Below are positions 29,255 to 37,637 of a DNA stretch of 64,000 bases, piece by piece. The number at the start of each line of letters is the position of its first letter. Position 1 is the stretch's first letter. The stretch lies in the NCBI GenBank assembly GCA_964291675.2, contig OZ219866.1, positions 1,600,001-1,664,000 of the forward strand. Reading direction: 5' to 3'. The translations under genes were made by a program, and so were the position numbers. The notes under the pieces were generated by a model. The model was not told the DNA's origin. It made no database searches and worked only from the letters and a program-made list of their open reading frames with translations. Source of the DNA: Alphaproteobacteria bacterium (GTDB lineage Bacteria > Pseudomonadota > Alphaproteobacteria > MPNO01).

Positions 29255-29527
29255 TCAGTGGTAGTCGATCAGGTCCACGTCCACGGCCTCGCCGTCCTCG
29301 AAGCGGAACACCACGCGCCAGTTGCCCGAGACGCGAACGCTCCACTGTCCCCCGCGGTCGCCCTTCAGGGGATGCAGCCGGAAGCCGGGCGCGTCGGCGC
29401 TGCCCAGATGCGTCGCCTCTTGCAGACGGAACAGGATAAGCCGAAGCCGTGGCGCGAGGCCGGCGGGCAGCCGCGCCGCGTCGACGCGCTCGTGCAGCGC
29501 CCGCAGTGACTTATGCCTGATCTCCAT
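29255..29527 (-). CDS. higB: HigB (RelE/ParE) toxin
   Basis: IRHKSLR...PGFRLHPLKGDRGGQWSVRVSGNWRVVFRF...DYH; toxin precedes antitoxin. Confidence 0.93.
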   Translation of the reverse strand: MEIRHKSLRALHERVDAARLPAGLAPRLRLILFRLQEATHLGSADAPGFRLHPLKGDRGGQWSVRVSGNWRVVFRFEDGEAVDVDLIDYH

Positions 29528-29532
29528 GATTC

Positions 29533-29561
29533 ACTGTAGCGCGCCACGTTACACGCCGCAA
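29533..29561 (-). promoter_or_regulatory. higBA promoter with overlapping operator (probably leaderless)
   Basis: TTGCGG-17 bp-TACAGT, 5 bp before ATG; imperfect inverted repeat TGTAACG-N5-CGCTACA. Confidence 0.65.
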
Positions 29562-30008
29562 TCGCCCGCAGAGCCGTCGCGACCGGCGACGGCTCTGCGG
29601 AGCGGTAACGTGTGCACGGCCTGACCCTACGCTGCGGGAACATGTGCGGCGACCGCTGCCGTGCGGCGGTAACGCGCGAGCCCGCACCGCCGCCGACAGT
29701 GCGGCCCGAGAAATTGATCCTGCCGGTGCGCACGCCTTCACGCATTGATCTGTTAGCTCGTGCTTCCTATAGCGCCGCCCGGAAGCCCCGCTGCGGTTCG
29801 GGGACTGTCTCCGCAAGTGCGCGGCGGGGCTGCCGCTCAAGCGCCGCTCGGGCTAAATGCCGATGGCACAACGGCTTTCATCGCCCGACGGATTGAGCGG
29901 TCAGGAAGCGCGAGACGGACGCCCTTCGGCGGTTTGTTCACACACCCGACGCACTGCCGCCGCTGGAAAGGCCGGAATACGCGCGGGGCCGTTAATCCCG
30001 GGCGGCGA

Positions 30009-30614
30009 TCATTCGTATTCCTCGCCGCCCACACCCGGCCGCGCCGGCGTCGGCATGCGCCCGTCGGTCTGACGCGGCGGCCGCGCGATCTCCGGCGCGA
30101 GGTCGGCGAGCTCGATGAACGCGTCGGCCTGGCGGCGCAGCTCGTCCGCCGCCATCGGCGGCGAGGAGCGCAGCGTCGAGACCACGCTCACCCGTACTCC
30201 CTCGCGCTGAACCGCCTCGACCAGGCGCCGGAAGTCGCCGTCGCCCGAGAACAGCACCATATGGTCCAGCTTCGGCGCCATCTCCATCGCGTCGATCGCG
30301 AGCTCGACATCCATGTCGCCCTTGACCGTGCGGTTCCCGTAGGCGTCGGTGAACTCCTTGGCCCGCTTGGTAATGAGCGTGTAGCCGTTGTAGTCGAGCC
30401 AGTCGACCAGCGGACGGAGCGGCGAGTATTCCACGTCGTCGAACAGCGCGGTGTAGTAACAGGCGCGCACCAGCCGGCCCTCGGCCGCGAAACGGTCCAG
30501 CAGGCGCTTGAAGTCGATGCTGAAGCCGAGCGCGCGCGATGCTGAAAAGAGATTGGCGCCGTCGATGAACAGCGTGGTCCGTTCGTCGGGACGCTCGGTC
30601 ATGGGACGGAACAC
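30009..30614 (-). CDS. NYN domain (LabA/DUF88) protein
   Basis: FIDGAN, KGDMDVELAID, SGDGDF, LRRQADAF. Confidence 0.93.
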   Translation of the reverse strand: MFRPMTERPDERTTLFIDGANLFSASRALGFSIDFKRLLDRFAAEGRLVRACYYTALFDDVEYSPLRPLVDWLDYNGYTLITKRAKEFTDAYGNRTVKGDMDVELAIDAMEMAPKLDHMVLFSGDGDFRRLVEAVQREGVRVSVVSTLRSSPPMAADELRRQADAFIELADLAPEIARPPRQTDGRMPTPARPGVGGEEYE

Positions 30615-30659
30615 GGTCTCCGGTCGTTCGCCCCACCGTGACGGCGGGCGCCGGCGAAC

Positions 30660-31970
30660 CTAGCCGGTGCGCCCGCCCGACGCCAGCGGCGCCCTCGATA
30701 CTCCAGGCTGCTGCGAATCCGGTCCCGGGGCCGCCGCGCCGCCGTCGATCGTCTCATCGATGCGATCTGCGATGCGCTGGGCTGCGTCGCGGAGCTGGTG
30801 CGCGGTCCAGTCCGACGCGTAGCCCTCGGTCACGTCCCTGGGCCTCGCATGGTTGACCAGTCGCTTGGTGAGACTCGTCGGCAGCATCAGCTCCCGGTCC
30901 GCCACCGTGATGAAGCAGTTGCGAAGCGCATGGAACCAGAACTTCGCGCCGCCCGCCTCGCCGATCCGCGCATTGTGCTGCTGCAGGCTCGAGAGCCGGC
31001 CCGACGTGGCGGTCTCCGACGGGAACACCCAGACCCGGCTGTTCTCCGGGAAGGTCCCGCGCTCGGCCATGCGGCGTTCGAGGATCGCCGCCACCTGCCG
31101 CACGATGGGGATCTCCAGCGGCTCGCCGGTCTTGGTCTCCTCGACCGTCAGCGTCATCGCATCGAAATCCACCTTGTCCCAGCGCAGTTCCAGAACCTCG
31201 GAATGGCGCATGCCGGTGTAGAGCCCGAGCCGCAGCGCATCGCGCGCCACCGGGCTGCGAACCCCCTTCTCGATGCCCCGGTGCCAGCGCGGCAGGACCT
31301 CGGCCGGGGGCTGGATGCGGCGACGGCGCTGGCGGTGCAGCCGCCCGCCCGCCGCGCGCCACTGCGCCACCGGGTTGTGCAGACCCTGGACGTCGACGCA
31401 TTGCCGCCGGTACAGCGCACCCAGCATGATCAGCGCCGAGTTGGCCCCCACCCAGCCGATCTCCGACGTCAGCCGGTTGAAGCACTGCTCGACGTCCTTG
31501 CGGGAGATCGTGTTGAGCGACCGGTCGAGCCAGGGCGCGAGATCCATGTACACCGTCCTGCGGTAGACCTCCACCGTCCGCGGCTTCCGCTCCGGCCCGG
31601 CGGCGAGGAAGTCCTCGAAGGCCTCGCGCAGCGTGGGCGTCGACCGCGACCGGGTGCGTCCCTCGGCCGGGTCTTCCCCGGCGGCGACCTTGCCCAGCGT
31701 CTCCCGGGCGATGAGTCTTGCCTCCTCCGCCGACACCCGCCCGTGCCGGCCGATGACCAGCCGCCGGTTGGCGGCCCGCCTGCCGCCGCCCGAGGCACGG
31801 TAGTTCACCAGGTAGGACCGCACCCCCGAGGGCTGGACCCTGACCCCGAACCCGGTCAGCCTGTCGTCCCAGGCGATGAAGGGCTTGTCGGCCGGCTTCA
31901 GGGCGTCGACGCTCCGTTTGTTCAATGTGAGCTTTATCTGGGCGACACGCTTTCCGCTCTGTGTTGACAT
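30660..31970 (-). CDS. Tyrosine integrase with N-terminal arm-DNA-binding domain
   Basis: WDDRLTGFGVRV...IGRHG arm domain; catalytic GMR, TKT, HALR, NH and Y motifs intact. Confidence 0.95.
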   Translation of the reverse strand: MSTQSGKRVAQIKLTLNKRSVDALKPADKPFIAWDDRLTGFGVRVQPSGVRSYLVNYRASGGGRRAANRRLVIGRHGRVSAEEARLIARETLGKVAAGEDPAEGRTRSRSTPTLREAFEDFLAAGPERKPRTVEVYRRTVYMDLAPWLDRSLNTISRKDVEQCFNRLTSEIGWVGANSALIMLGALYRRQCVDVQGLHNPVAQWRAAGGRLHRQRRRRIQPPAEVLPRWHRGIEKGVRSPVARDALRLGLYTGMRHSEVLELRWDKVDFDAMTLTVEETKTGEPLEIPIVRQVAAILERRMAERGTFPENSRVWVFPSETATSGRLSSLQQHNARIGEAGGAKFWFHALRNCFITVADRELMLPTSLTKRLVNHARPRDVTEGYASDWTAHQLRDAAQRIADRIDETIDGGAAAPGPDSQQPGVSRAPLASGGRTG

Positions 31971-31990
31971 GCCGGCACCCTCTTCGAAAT

Positions 31991-32160
31991 CCCTCAATAT
32001 ATCATCTATACCCTCAACACATGAAAGTCAACTCCAGGCCAGCCGGGTCTCGTTCAGTCCACGGGAGGGCAATCCGTTATCGTATCAAGTCAATGGAATA
32101 ACGAAAGAAATGTTCTCTCAAGACCGCTCCGGTCCGTTCTAGACCGCTCCTGACCACAAC
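31991..32160. repeat. Candidate att arm region
   Basis: CCCTCAA twice (31991, 32011); IHF-like TATCAAGTCAATG near 32083; 10-bp-period repeats AGACCGCTCC/GGTCCGTTCT/AGACCGCTCC/TGACCACAAC (32121-32160). Confidence 0.55.
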
Positions 32161-32182
32161 CGCCGAATCCGGAATCATTTAA

Positions 32183-32198
32183 TGTTTCACGTGAAACA
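32183..32198. promoter_or_regulatory. parS: parS centromere site
   Basis: Perfect 16-bp palindrome TGTTTCACGTGAAACA, the canonical chromosomal parS consensus. Confidence 0.9.
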
Positions 32199-32307
32199 AT
32201 GGTCAACCTTGTTGACCTATGTAACGCGTGAAGAAATTGCCGGAAACGGTACGGACCGCGCGAGAAACCGCGCTTCCGCCCGGATTCGCCTGTGCGTCCC
32301 CGGGGGA

Positions 32308-32664
32308 CTACCCGCCGTCGATGTCGACGATGCGGTGCGGCGAGGCGTGGATGCCGAGGGTCTTGAGCGGGACGTCGCCGGTCACGCGGAAGCCGTGGCG
32401 CTGGCCGGGCGGCAGGATCAGGGTGACGCCCGGGCGCAGCGCGACGGTCTCCTCGCCCTCGGCCCAGGCCTCGCCGGTGCCTTCGAGCACGGTGATCGCC
32501 TCGACATAGGGGTGCGAATGCGCCGGCGTCTCGTAGCCCGGCGGCGAGGTCTGGATGCCCGAGCGCAGCGGGGTCGAGCCCGCATCGTCGCCGACCAGCG
32601 TGCAATAGGTCGCCCCGCCCGGGAACCGCTCGCTCTCGAGCTTGTCGTGTTCGACCACCTTCAT
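32308..32664 (-). CDS. Cupin domain protein
   Basis: HSHPYVE...PPGQRHGF; ATGA overlap with marR stop. Confidence 0.9.
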   Translation of the reverse strand: MKVVEHDKLESERFPGGATYCTLVGDDAGSTPLRSGIQTSPPGYETPAHSHPYVEAITVLEGTGEAWAEGEETVALRPGVTLILPPGQRHGFRVTGDVPLKTLGIHASPHRIVDIDGG

Positions 32665-33137
32665 CGTCCAACCTCCTTCGGCTCCCCGCCGAGCCCGGCG
32701 AGGCGTTCGAGCACCTGCATCGCGGCCGCGCGCTCCGCCGCCGGGATCGGTTCGAGGATGCGCCGCTGCGCGCGCTCGACGGCGTCGACGGCGGATTCCA
32801 TCGCCGCCCGCCCCGCCGCCGTCAAGTGCAGCGCGTTGGTGCGCCGGTCTTCCTTCTGGCGCTCGCGCCGGATCAGCCCGCGCCGGCCGAGGCGGCGCAG
32901 GATCTCGGTCAGGGTGGAGCGGTCGATGCCGGTCATCCTCACCAGATCGGTCTGGTTGATCCCCGGGTTCTGGTGGACGCTCAGCAGCACCGCGAACTGG
33001 CGCGGCGTCGGCCCGTCCTCGCCCACCTCGTCGACGAACAGGTCGACCGCGCGCTGCTGCGAGCGGCGCAGGAGATGCCCCACCGCCGCGTGCAGGTCGT
33101 AGCTGCCGGTATCGATCCTGGCGGCGCCGTCGCGCAT
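32661..33137 (-). CDS. MarR family transcriptional regulator
   Basis: TPRQFAVL, GIDRSTL, DRRTNALHLTAAG. Confidence 0.95.
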   Translation of the reverse strand: MRDGAARIDTGSYDLHAAVGHLLRRSQQRAVDLFVDEVGEDGPTPRQFAVLLSVHQNPGINQTDLVRMTGIDRSTLTEILRRLGRRGLIRRERQKEDRRTNALHLTAAGRAAMESAVDAVERAQRRILEPIPAAERAAAMQVLERLAGLGGEPKEVGR

Positions 33138-33150
33138 CGTCCACCCATGA

Positions 33151-33193
33151 TAATCTGTACACGGATTAAATTCTTCGCTACACTGCCTGTCAA
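33151..33193 (-). promoter_or_regulatory. Sigma70 promoter of marR with overlapping palindromic operator
   Basis: TTGACA-17 bp-TTTAAT on the minus strand; near-palindrome TAATCTGT-AC-ACGGATTA at 33151-33168. Confidence 0.7.
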
Positions 33194-33226
33194 TAGCGCA
33201 GTCCAGCAGGGTGGAGAGAGACGGTC

Positions 33227-34300
33227 ATGGAATTCGGCATGCAATTCTTCCCGTGCGTCGGGCCCGAGCAGCGCCCGGCGGACGCGTATTTCGAGGACTG
33301 CCTCAAGCTGTGCGAGCTGTGCGACGAGTACGGCTACACCCATATCCGCACGGTCGAGCACTACTTCCACGCCTATGGCGGCTACAGCCCCAACCCGATC
33401 GTGTTCCTCACCGCCGCCTCGCAGCGCTCGCGCAGCGCGCGCCTGGTCACCGGCGCGGTGCTGCCGGTGTTCAACAACCCGCTCAAGCTGGCCGGCGAGA
33501 TCGGCATGCTGGACGCGATCTCCAACGGGCGGCTGGAGGTCGGCTTCGCGCGCGCCTTCCTGCCGCACGAATACCAGCGCTTCGGCGTCTCGCTGGACGA
33601 ATCCGTGCTGCGCTTCGACGAGGGGATGGCCCAGGTGCGCCGCCTGCTGGAAGAGGAGAACGTGACCGAGACCGGGCAGTTCCACAGCTTCGCCAACGTC
33701 ACCTCGCTGCCGCGCCCGACCCAGAAGCCGCGCCCCAGGTTCTGGACCGCGGCCTTCACCACCCCGCAATCCTTCGAGAAGGCGGGCCGCCAGGGCAACT
33801 GGATCATGGCGATCCCGATCGGCGGCGCGGCGATGCGCGAGCTCTGCGACATCTACCGCGAGGCATGGGACAAGGCGGGCCATGACGGCCCGGGGCGGGT
33901 GATGCTCGCCTTCCACATGTACTGCCACGAGGACGAGCGCGAGGCCGCCCGCATCGCGCGCGATCCGCTCAACCGCTATCTCGCCTCGCTGGTCGACGCC
34001 GCCTCGGACTGGATCAGCGGCACCTCGTCCACGGACTACAAGGGCTACGACAAGATGATCGAGGCGCTGAAGCGCGAGACCTTCGAGTCCCAGGTCGAGA
34101 AGGGCGCCGCCTGGGTCGGCACGCCGCGCCAGCTGGTCGACCGGATCGGCGCCTATGCCGAGGCGGTCGGCGGCATCGACGACGCCTCGCTGCAGGTCAA
34201 TTTCCACGACATGGGCCTCGCCGACGCCGAGCGCTCGGCGCGCCTGTTCGGCGAGCAGGTGATGCCGAGCTTCGGCGCCGCCAGGGCGGCGGCGGAGTAG
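33227..34300 (+). CDS. LLM-class flavin-dependent oxidoreductase
   Basis: VEHYF...SPNP, LDAISNGRLEVGFAR, WVGTP. Confidence 0.93.
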   Translation: MEFGMQFFPCVGPEQRPADAYFEDCLKLCELCDEYGYTHIRTVEHYFHAYGGYSPNPIVFLTAASQRSRSARLVTGAVLPVFNNPLKLAGEIGMLDAISNGRLEVGFARAFLPHEYQRFGVSLDESVLRFDEGMAQVRRLLEEENVTETGQFHSFANVTSLPRPTQKPRPRFWTAAFTTPQSFEKAGRQGNWIMAIPIGGAAMRELCDIYREAWDKAGHDGPGRVMLAFHMYCHEDEREAARIARDPLNRYLASLVDAASDWISGTSSTDYKGYDKMIEALKRETFESQVEKGAAWVGTPRQLVDRIGAYAEAVGGIDDASLQVNFHDMGLADAERSARLFGEQVMPSFGAARAAAE

Positions 34301-34359
34301 CCGCAAGCCGCATCGCCCGCCCGCGCCGCGCTCTCGTTTCCGGCAGGGAAGACCGACGC

Positions 34360-35310
34360 ATGGACCCGCACCGGATCGACGTGCACCACCACATCCTGCC
34401 GCCCGACTACGTCGCCGCCGTCGGCGACGAGCGGATCGGCCCGCTGATCCTCGCCGGCCGCACGCCGGAATGGACGCCCCGGATGTCGGTCGAGGCGATG
34501 GACCGCAACGGCATCGCCACCGCCGTGACCTCGATCTCCGCCCCCGGGCTGTGGTTCGGCGACGACGCGGAATCGGTGCGCCTCGCGCGGATGTGCAACG
34601 AATATGCGGCCTCCATAAGGCGCGACCATCCGGGCCGGTTCGGCGTGTTCGCGAGCCTGCCGCTGCCGGACGTCGATGCGAGCCTCGCCGAGATCGAATA
34701 CGCGCTCGATACGCTCGGCGCCGACGGGATCGGCCTCTTGACCAGCTACGGCGACCGCTACCCCGGCGATGCCGCCTTCGCGCCGGTATTCGACGAGCTC
34801 GACCGGCGCGGCGCGGTGGTCTATTTCCACCCGACCGACGCGCCGTGCAGCCAGTGCCTGAAGGACATCCCGGCGGCGACGCTCGACTTCCCCTTCGACA
34901 CCACGCGGGCGGTGGTCAGCCTGCTGTTCTCCGGCACCTTCGCGCGCTGCCGCGGCATAAGCTTCATCTTCTCCCATGCCGGCGGGACGGTGCCGTTCCT
35001 CGCCGAGCGCATCGCCCGGCTCGGCGCGCGGCCGGGCTTCAGGGACGCGGTGCCCGACGGGGCGGTGGCGGAGCTGGAACGGCTCCACTACGACACCGCG
35101 CTGTCGGCCAACCGGCTCGCCTTCGCCAGCCTGCTCGCCCTGGTCACGCCCGACAAGGTGCTGTTCGGCAGCGACTACCCCTTCGCCCCCGAGGCGACGA
35201 TGACCGCCACCGTCGAGGGGCTGGTCGGGCTCGGGCTGGAGGACGCCGTGCTGCGCGGCATCGAGCGCGACAACGCGCTCGCCCTGCTGCCCCGGATCGC
35301 GGCGGGGTAG
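34360..35310 (+). CDS. Amidohydrolase-2 family (ACMSD-like decarboxylase/hydrolase)
   Basis: IDVHHH, YFHP, SHAGG, FGSDYPF. Confidence 0.92.
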   Translation: MDPHRIDVHHHILPPDYVAAVGDERIGPLILAGRTPEWTPRMSVEAMDRNGIATAVTSISAPGLWFGDDAESVRLARMCNEYAASIRRDHPGRFGVFASLPLPDVDASLAEIEYALDTLGADGIGLLTSYGDRYPGDAAFAPVFDELDRRGAVVYFHPTDAPCSQCLKDIPAATLDFPFDTTRAVVSLLFSGTFARCRGISFIFSHAGGTVPFLAERIARLGARPGFRDAVPDGAVAELERLHYDTALSANRLAFASLLALVTPDKVLFGSDYPFAPEATMTATVEGLVGLGLEDAVLRGIERDNALALLPRIAAG

Positions 35311-35443
35311 GGGCGCCGACCGGCCGGGAACGGCTCGCGTCGACCCCGTCGCAGTCGGCCCATCCTCCGCCGTTGACAGTACGACGGGAATGCGGTTTCT
35401 CGGGCTGCCATATGCAACGCATGGTAGTATGCCGGAGGCCCCG

Positions 35444-35644
35444 TTGAGCGCCGAGATTCTCGCCATATTCGGGGTCGGCCTCGCGCTAGCCGCCTTCATT
35501 TGGCGTATCCTGACCAACATGGAGGCCCGTCTGGTCAAGAGGATCGAGCGCAGCGAGGGACAACTGTCCGACGTCAGGGAGCGCGTCGCACGCCTCGAAG
35601 GCGTGTTCGGGCGTGTCTTTCGGAAGGAAACGATAGAGGAATGA
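35444..35644 (+). CDS. Small TM + coiled-coil protein
   Basis: GGAGG then TTG; one TM helix followed by ...VRERVARLEG. Confidence 0.65.
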   Translation: MSAEILAIFGVGLALAAFIWRILTNMEARLVKRIERSEGQLSDVRERVARLEGVFGRVFRKETIEE

Positions 35645-35648
35645 GCCG

Positions 35649-35879
35649 ATGGCACGCCGGGACCCGGACGTAGAGACGATCGCCACGGACAGGAAATGGG
35701 CGCTCTGCATCGGCACGATCTATGGCGACCTCAGAATCCGGACCTATGACACGGTCACCATGCAGGCGGACTTGATCGCCTGGCTGAGCCGGAACAACCT
35801 GCTCGCCGAATTGCAGGACAAGGGGCGGGCGGAGGACGAGATCGAACGCGGTCAGCGTACGTCCGCCGCTGGAGAATGA
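35649..35879 (+). CDS. Hypothetical protein (76 aa)
   Basis: Starts 4 bp after the previous stop; GAGGA RBS. Confidence 0.55.
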   Translation: MARRDPDVETIATDRKWALCIGTIYGDLRIRTYDTVTMQADLIAWLSRNNLLAELQDKGRAEDEIERGQRTSAAGE

Positions 35880-35895
35880 CGCGGCCGGGGCGGTT

Positions 35896-35997
35896 CCTTC
35901 GAGACGCGGTTTCGCCGCTACTCAGGATGAGGGCGGGGTGGGGGCAAACCGCTTCCCTTCATCCCGAGTAGCCCCCCAGAGGGGCGCGTATCGAAGG
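35896..35997. repeat. REP-like palindromic element, family A
   Basis: CCTTCGA(G/T)ACG-hairpin-CTACTCAGGATGAGG ... TCATCCCGAGTAG-hairpin-CGTATCGAAGG inverted pair. Confidence 0.85.
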
Positions 35998-36089
35998 GGG
36001 CTTATCCAGATTACTTGACGGAGCGGGGGCCGGGCGTCACGGGGGGCGGCGCGCCCGAACGTCGGAACGCTCGCCATGCCTCCCCATCT

Positions 36090-36475
36090 CGTCATGCACC
36101 CCCGTCATGCACCCCCCTCGTCATGCCCCGGCCCCCGGATCGAGTCCGGGGGTGATCCGGGCACCCACTGCCGCCACCGCGCCTCCCGCCCGGGCACCCA
36201 TGCGGCCTCTCGGCGCGCACGGCGGGCCGTGCGGAGGCCTGGCGGCGCCGGTGGGTGGCCGGATCAAGTCCGGCCATGGGTGCCCGGATCAAGTCCGGGC
36301 ATGACGGGGGGTAAGTGGAGTCGGTGGAGCAACGGGGAGAAGGAGCGGGGGCCGGCCATGACGGGGTGGTGGCGGTGGAGGAGCAGGGAGAGCCGGGTGC
36401 GGCGCGCGTCGAAAGTCGAGACCGGACAGCAGAGGAACACGCCCGGACTTGATCCGGGGGCCGGGTATGACGGAC
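36090..36475. repeat. Nested palindromic repeat cluster, family B
   Basis: Several CCGGATCAAGTCCGG / CCGGACTTGATCCGG units with GTCATG...CATGAC ends. Confidence 0.75.
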
Positions 36476-36534
36476 GAAACGTCGCGGCCCCCCGCCCGTC
36501 AAGTATTCGGTATAAGCCCCTATCGAAGGACGGG

Positions 36535-37512
36535 CTAGGGCAGCACGACAATCTTTCCGAAGAAGCCGCGCTCTTCCATCAGGCGTTCGGCGGCGCCGGT
36601 CTCGGCGAGCGGGAAGGTGTGGCTGACGACGGGCGCGAGCCGGCCCGCCGCGACATGGGCGACCGAGCGCTCGACGTCGTCCTGCGAGTAGCTGTTGGAG
36701 CCCAGCACGTCGAGCTCTCGCACCCAGATGTAGCGGAGGTCGGTGGCGGGGTCGTGGCCGGCGGTGGCGCCGCAGGTGAGCACCCGCCCGCCGCGCTTCG
36801 CGGTCCTGAGGCAGCGCGCCCAGGTGTCGCCGCCGGTAAAATTGACCACCACGTCGCAGCCCCGCTTGTCCGAGGCGAGCCACGCGGCGCGCGAGAAATC
36901 CTCCTCCGAGTAGTCGATGACATGGTCGGCGCCGAGCGCGGCCAGGCGCTCGCATTTCTCCGCCGAGCCGGCGGCGGCGATCACCCGCGCGCCGGTCATC
37001 TTGCCATACTGGAGGCAGGCGATTCCGACGCCGCCGCTGGCGCCGAGCACCAGCATGGTCTCGCCGGCAACCAGCCTGCCGCGCGTATACAGCATGCGGT
37101 GCGCGGTGCCGTAGTTGATCGGGATCGCCGCGGCGGTCTCGAAGGACAGGGTCTCGGGCAGGCGGATCAGGTTCTTCGCCGGCACGACGACCAGCTCGGC
37201 GAGCCCGCCCAGAATCTCCTCGCCCAGCATGCCGTCGTCGGTCTGCGGGTTCAGGGTCACCCGCTCGCCCGCCGACCAGCCCTCGACGCCCGGCCCCAGC
37301 GCATCGATCGTGCCCGCCACGTCGCCGCCCGAGATGAACGGCATCGGCACCGGAAAGCCCGGCATGCCGCGGCGCACGAAAATGTCGAGATGGTTGAGCC
37401 CGCAGGCCCTCACCGCCATCCGCACCTCGCCCGGCCCGGGCTCGGGGTCCGGCCAGTCGCGGCAGACGATGTTCTCGACCCCGCCCTGTCGTTCGATGAC
37501 CGCTGCTTTCAA
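36535..37512 (-). CDS. Medium-chain dehydrogenase / quinone oxidoreductase family
   Basis: GLNHLD, GASGGVG, FGKIVV; TTG start after GAGGGAGG. Confidence 0.92.
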   Translation of the reverse strand: MKAAVIERQGGVENIVCRDWPDPEPGPGEVRMAVRACGLNHLDIFVRRGMPGFPVPMPFISGGDVAGTIDALGPGVEGWSAGERVTLNPQTDDGMLGEEILGGLAELVVVPAKNLIRLPETLSFETAAAIPINYGTAHRMLYTRGRLVAGETMLVLGASGGVGIACLQYGKMTGARVIAAAGSAEKCERLAALGADHVIDYSEEDFSRAAWLASDKRGCDVVVNFTGGDTWARCLRTAKRGGRVLTCGATAGHDPATDLRYIWVRELDVLGSNSYSQDDVERSVAHVAAGRLAPVVSHTFPLAETGAAERLMEERGFFGKIVVLP

Positions 37513-37532
37513 ACCTGTCCTCCCTCGTTCCG

Positions 37533-37636
37533 TCCCTCGATACGGCGCTTCGCGCCGACCCGGGATGAGGGGCAGGATTTGGGCCGCCCACACCCCACCC
37601 TCATCCCGAGTAGCGGCGAAGCCGCGTATCGAAGGG
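37533..37636. repeat. REP-like palindromic element, family A
   Basis: Same inverted pair as 35896-35997. Confidence 0.85.
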
Positions 37637-37637
37637 C

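Larger units (their letters stand above)
1..32190. mobile_element. Integrative mobilizable element / genomic island (right part; left end outside window)
   Basis: Terminal tyrosine integrase, MOBF relaxase, primase/SSB/DUF2493 backbone, TA module, IS relics and patches of lower-GC cargo. The host REP-like repeats seen right of 35.8 kb were not seen here. No T4SS genes in the window. Confidence 0.85.

Noticed and set aside
32200-32227. dif-like site (TGGTCAACCTT-GTTGAC-CTATGTAACGC)
   Set aside because: Only the right arm loosely resembles a XerD site; the left arm is a poor match, and dif beside parS would be unexpected.
32160-32240. tRNA-Met remnant as att core (GGAATCAT)
   Set aside because: The match ends after 8 nt; no T-arm GTTC, cloverleaf or CCA.
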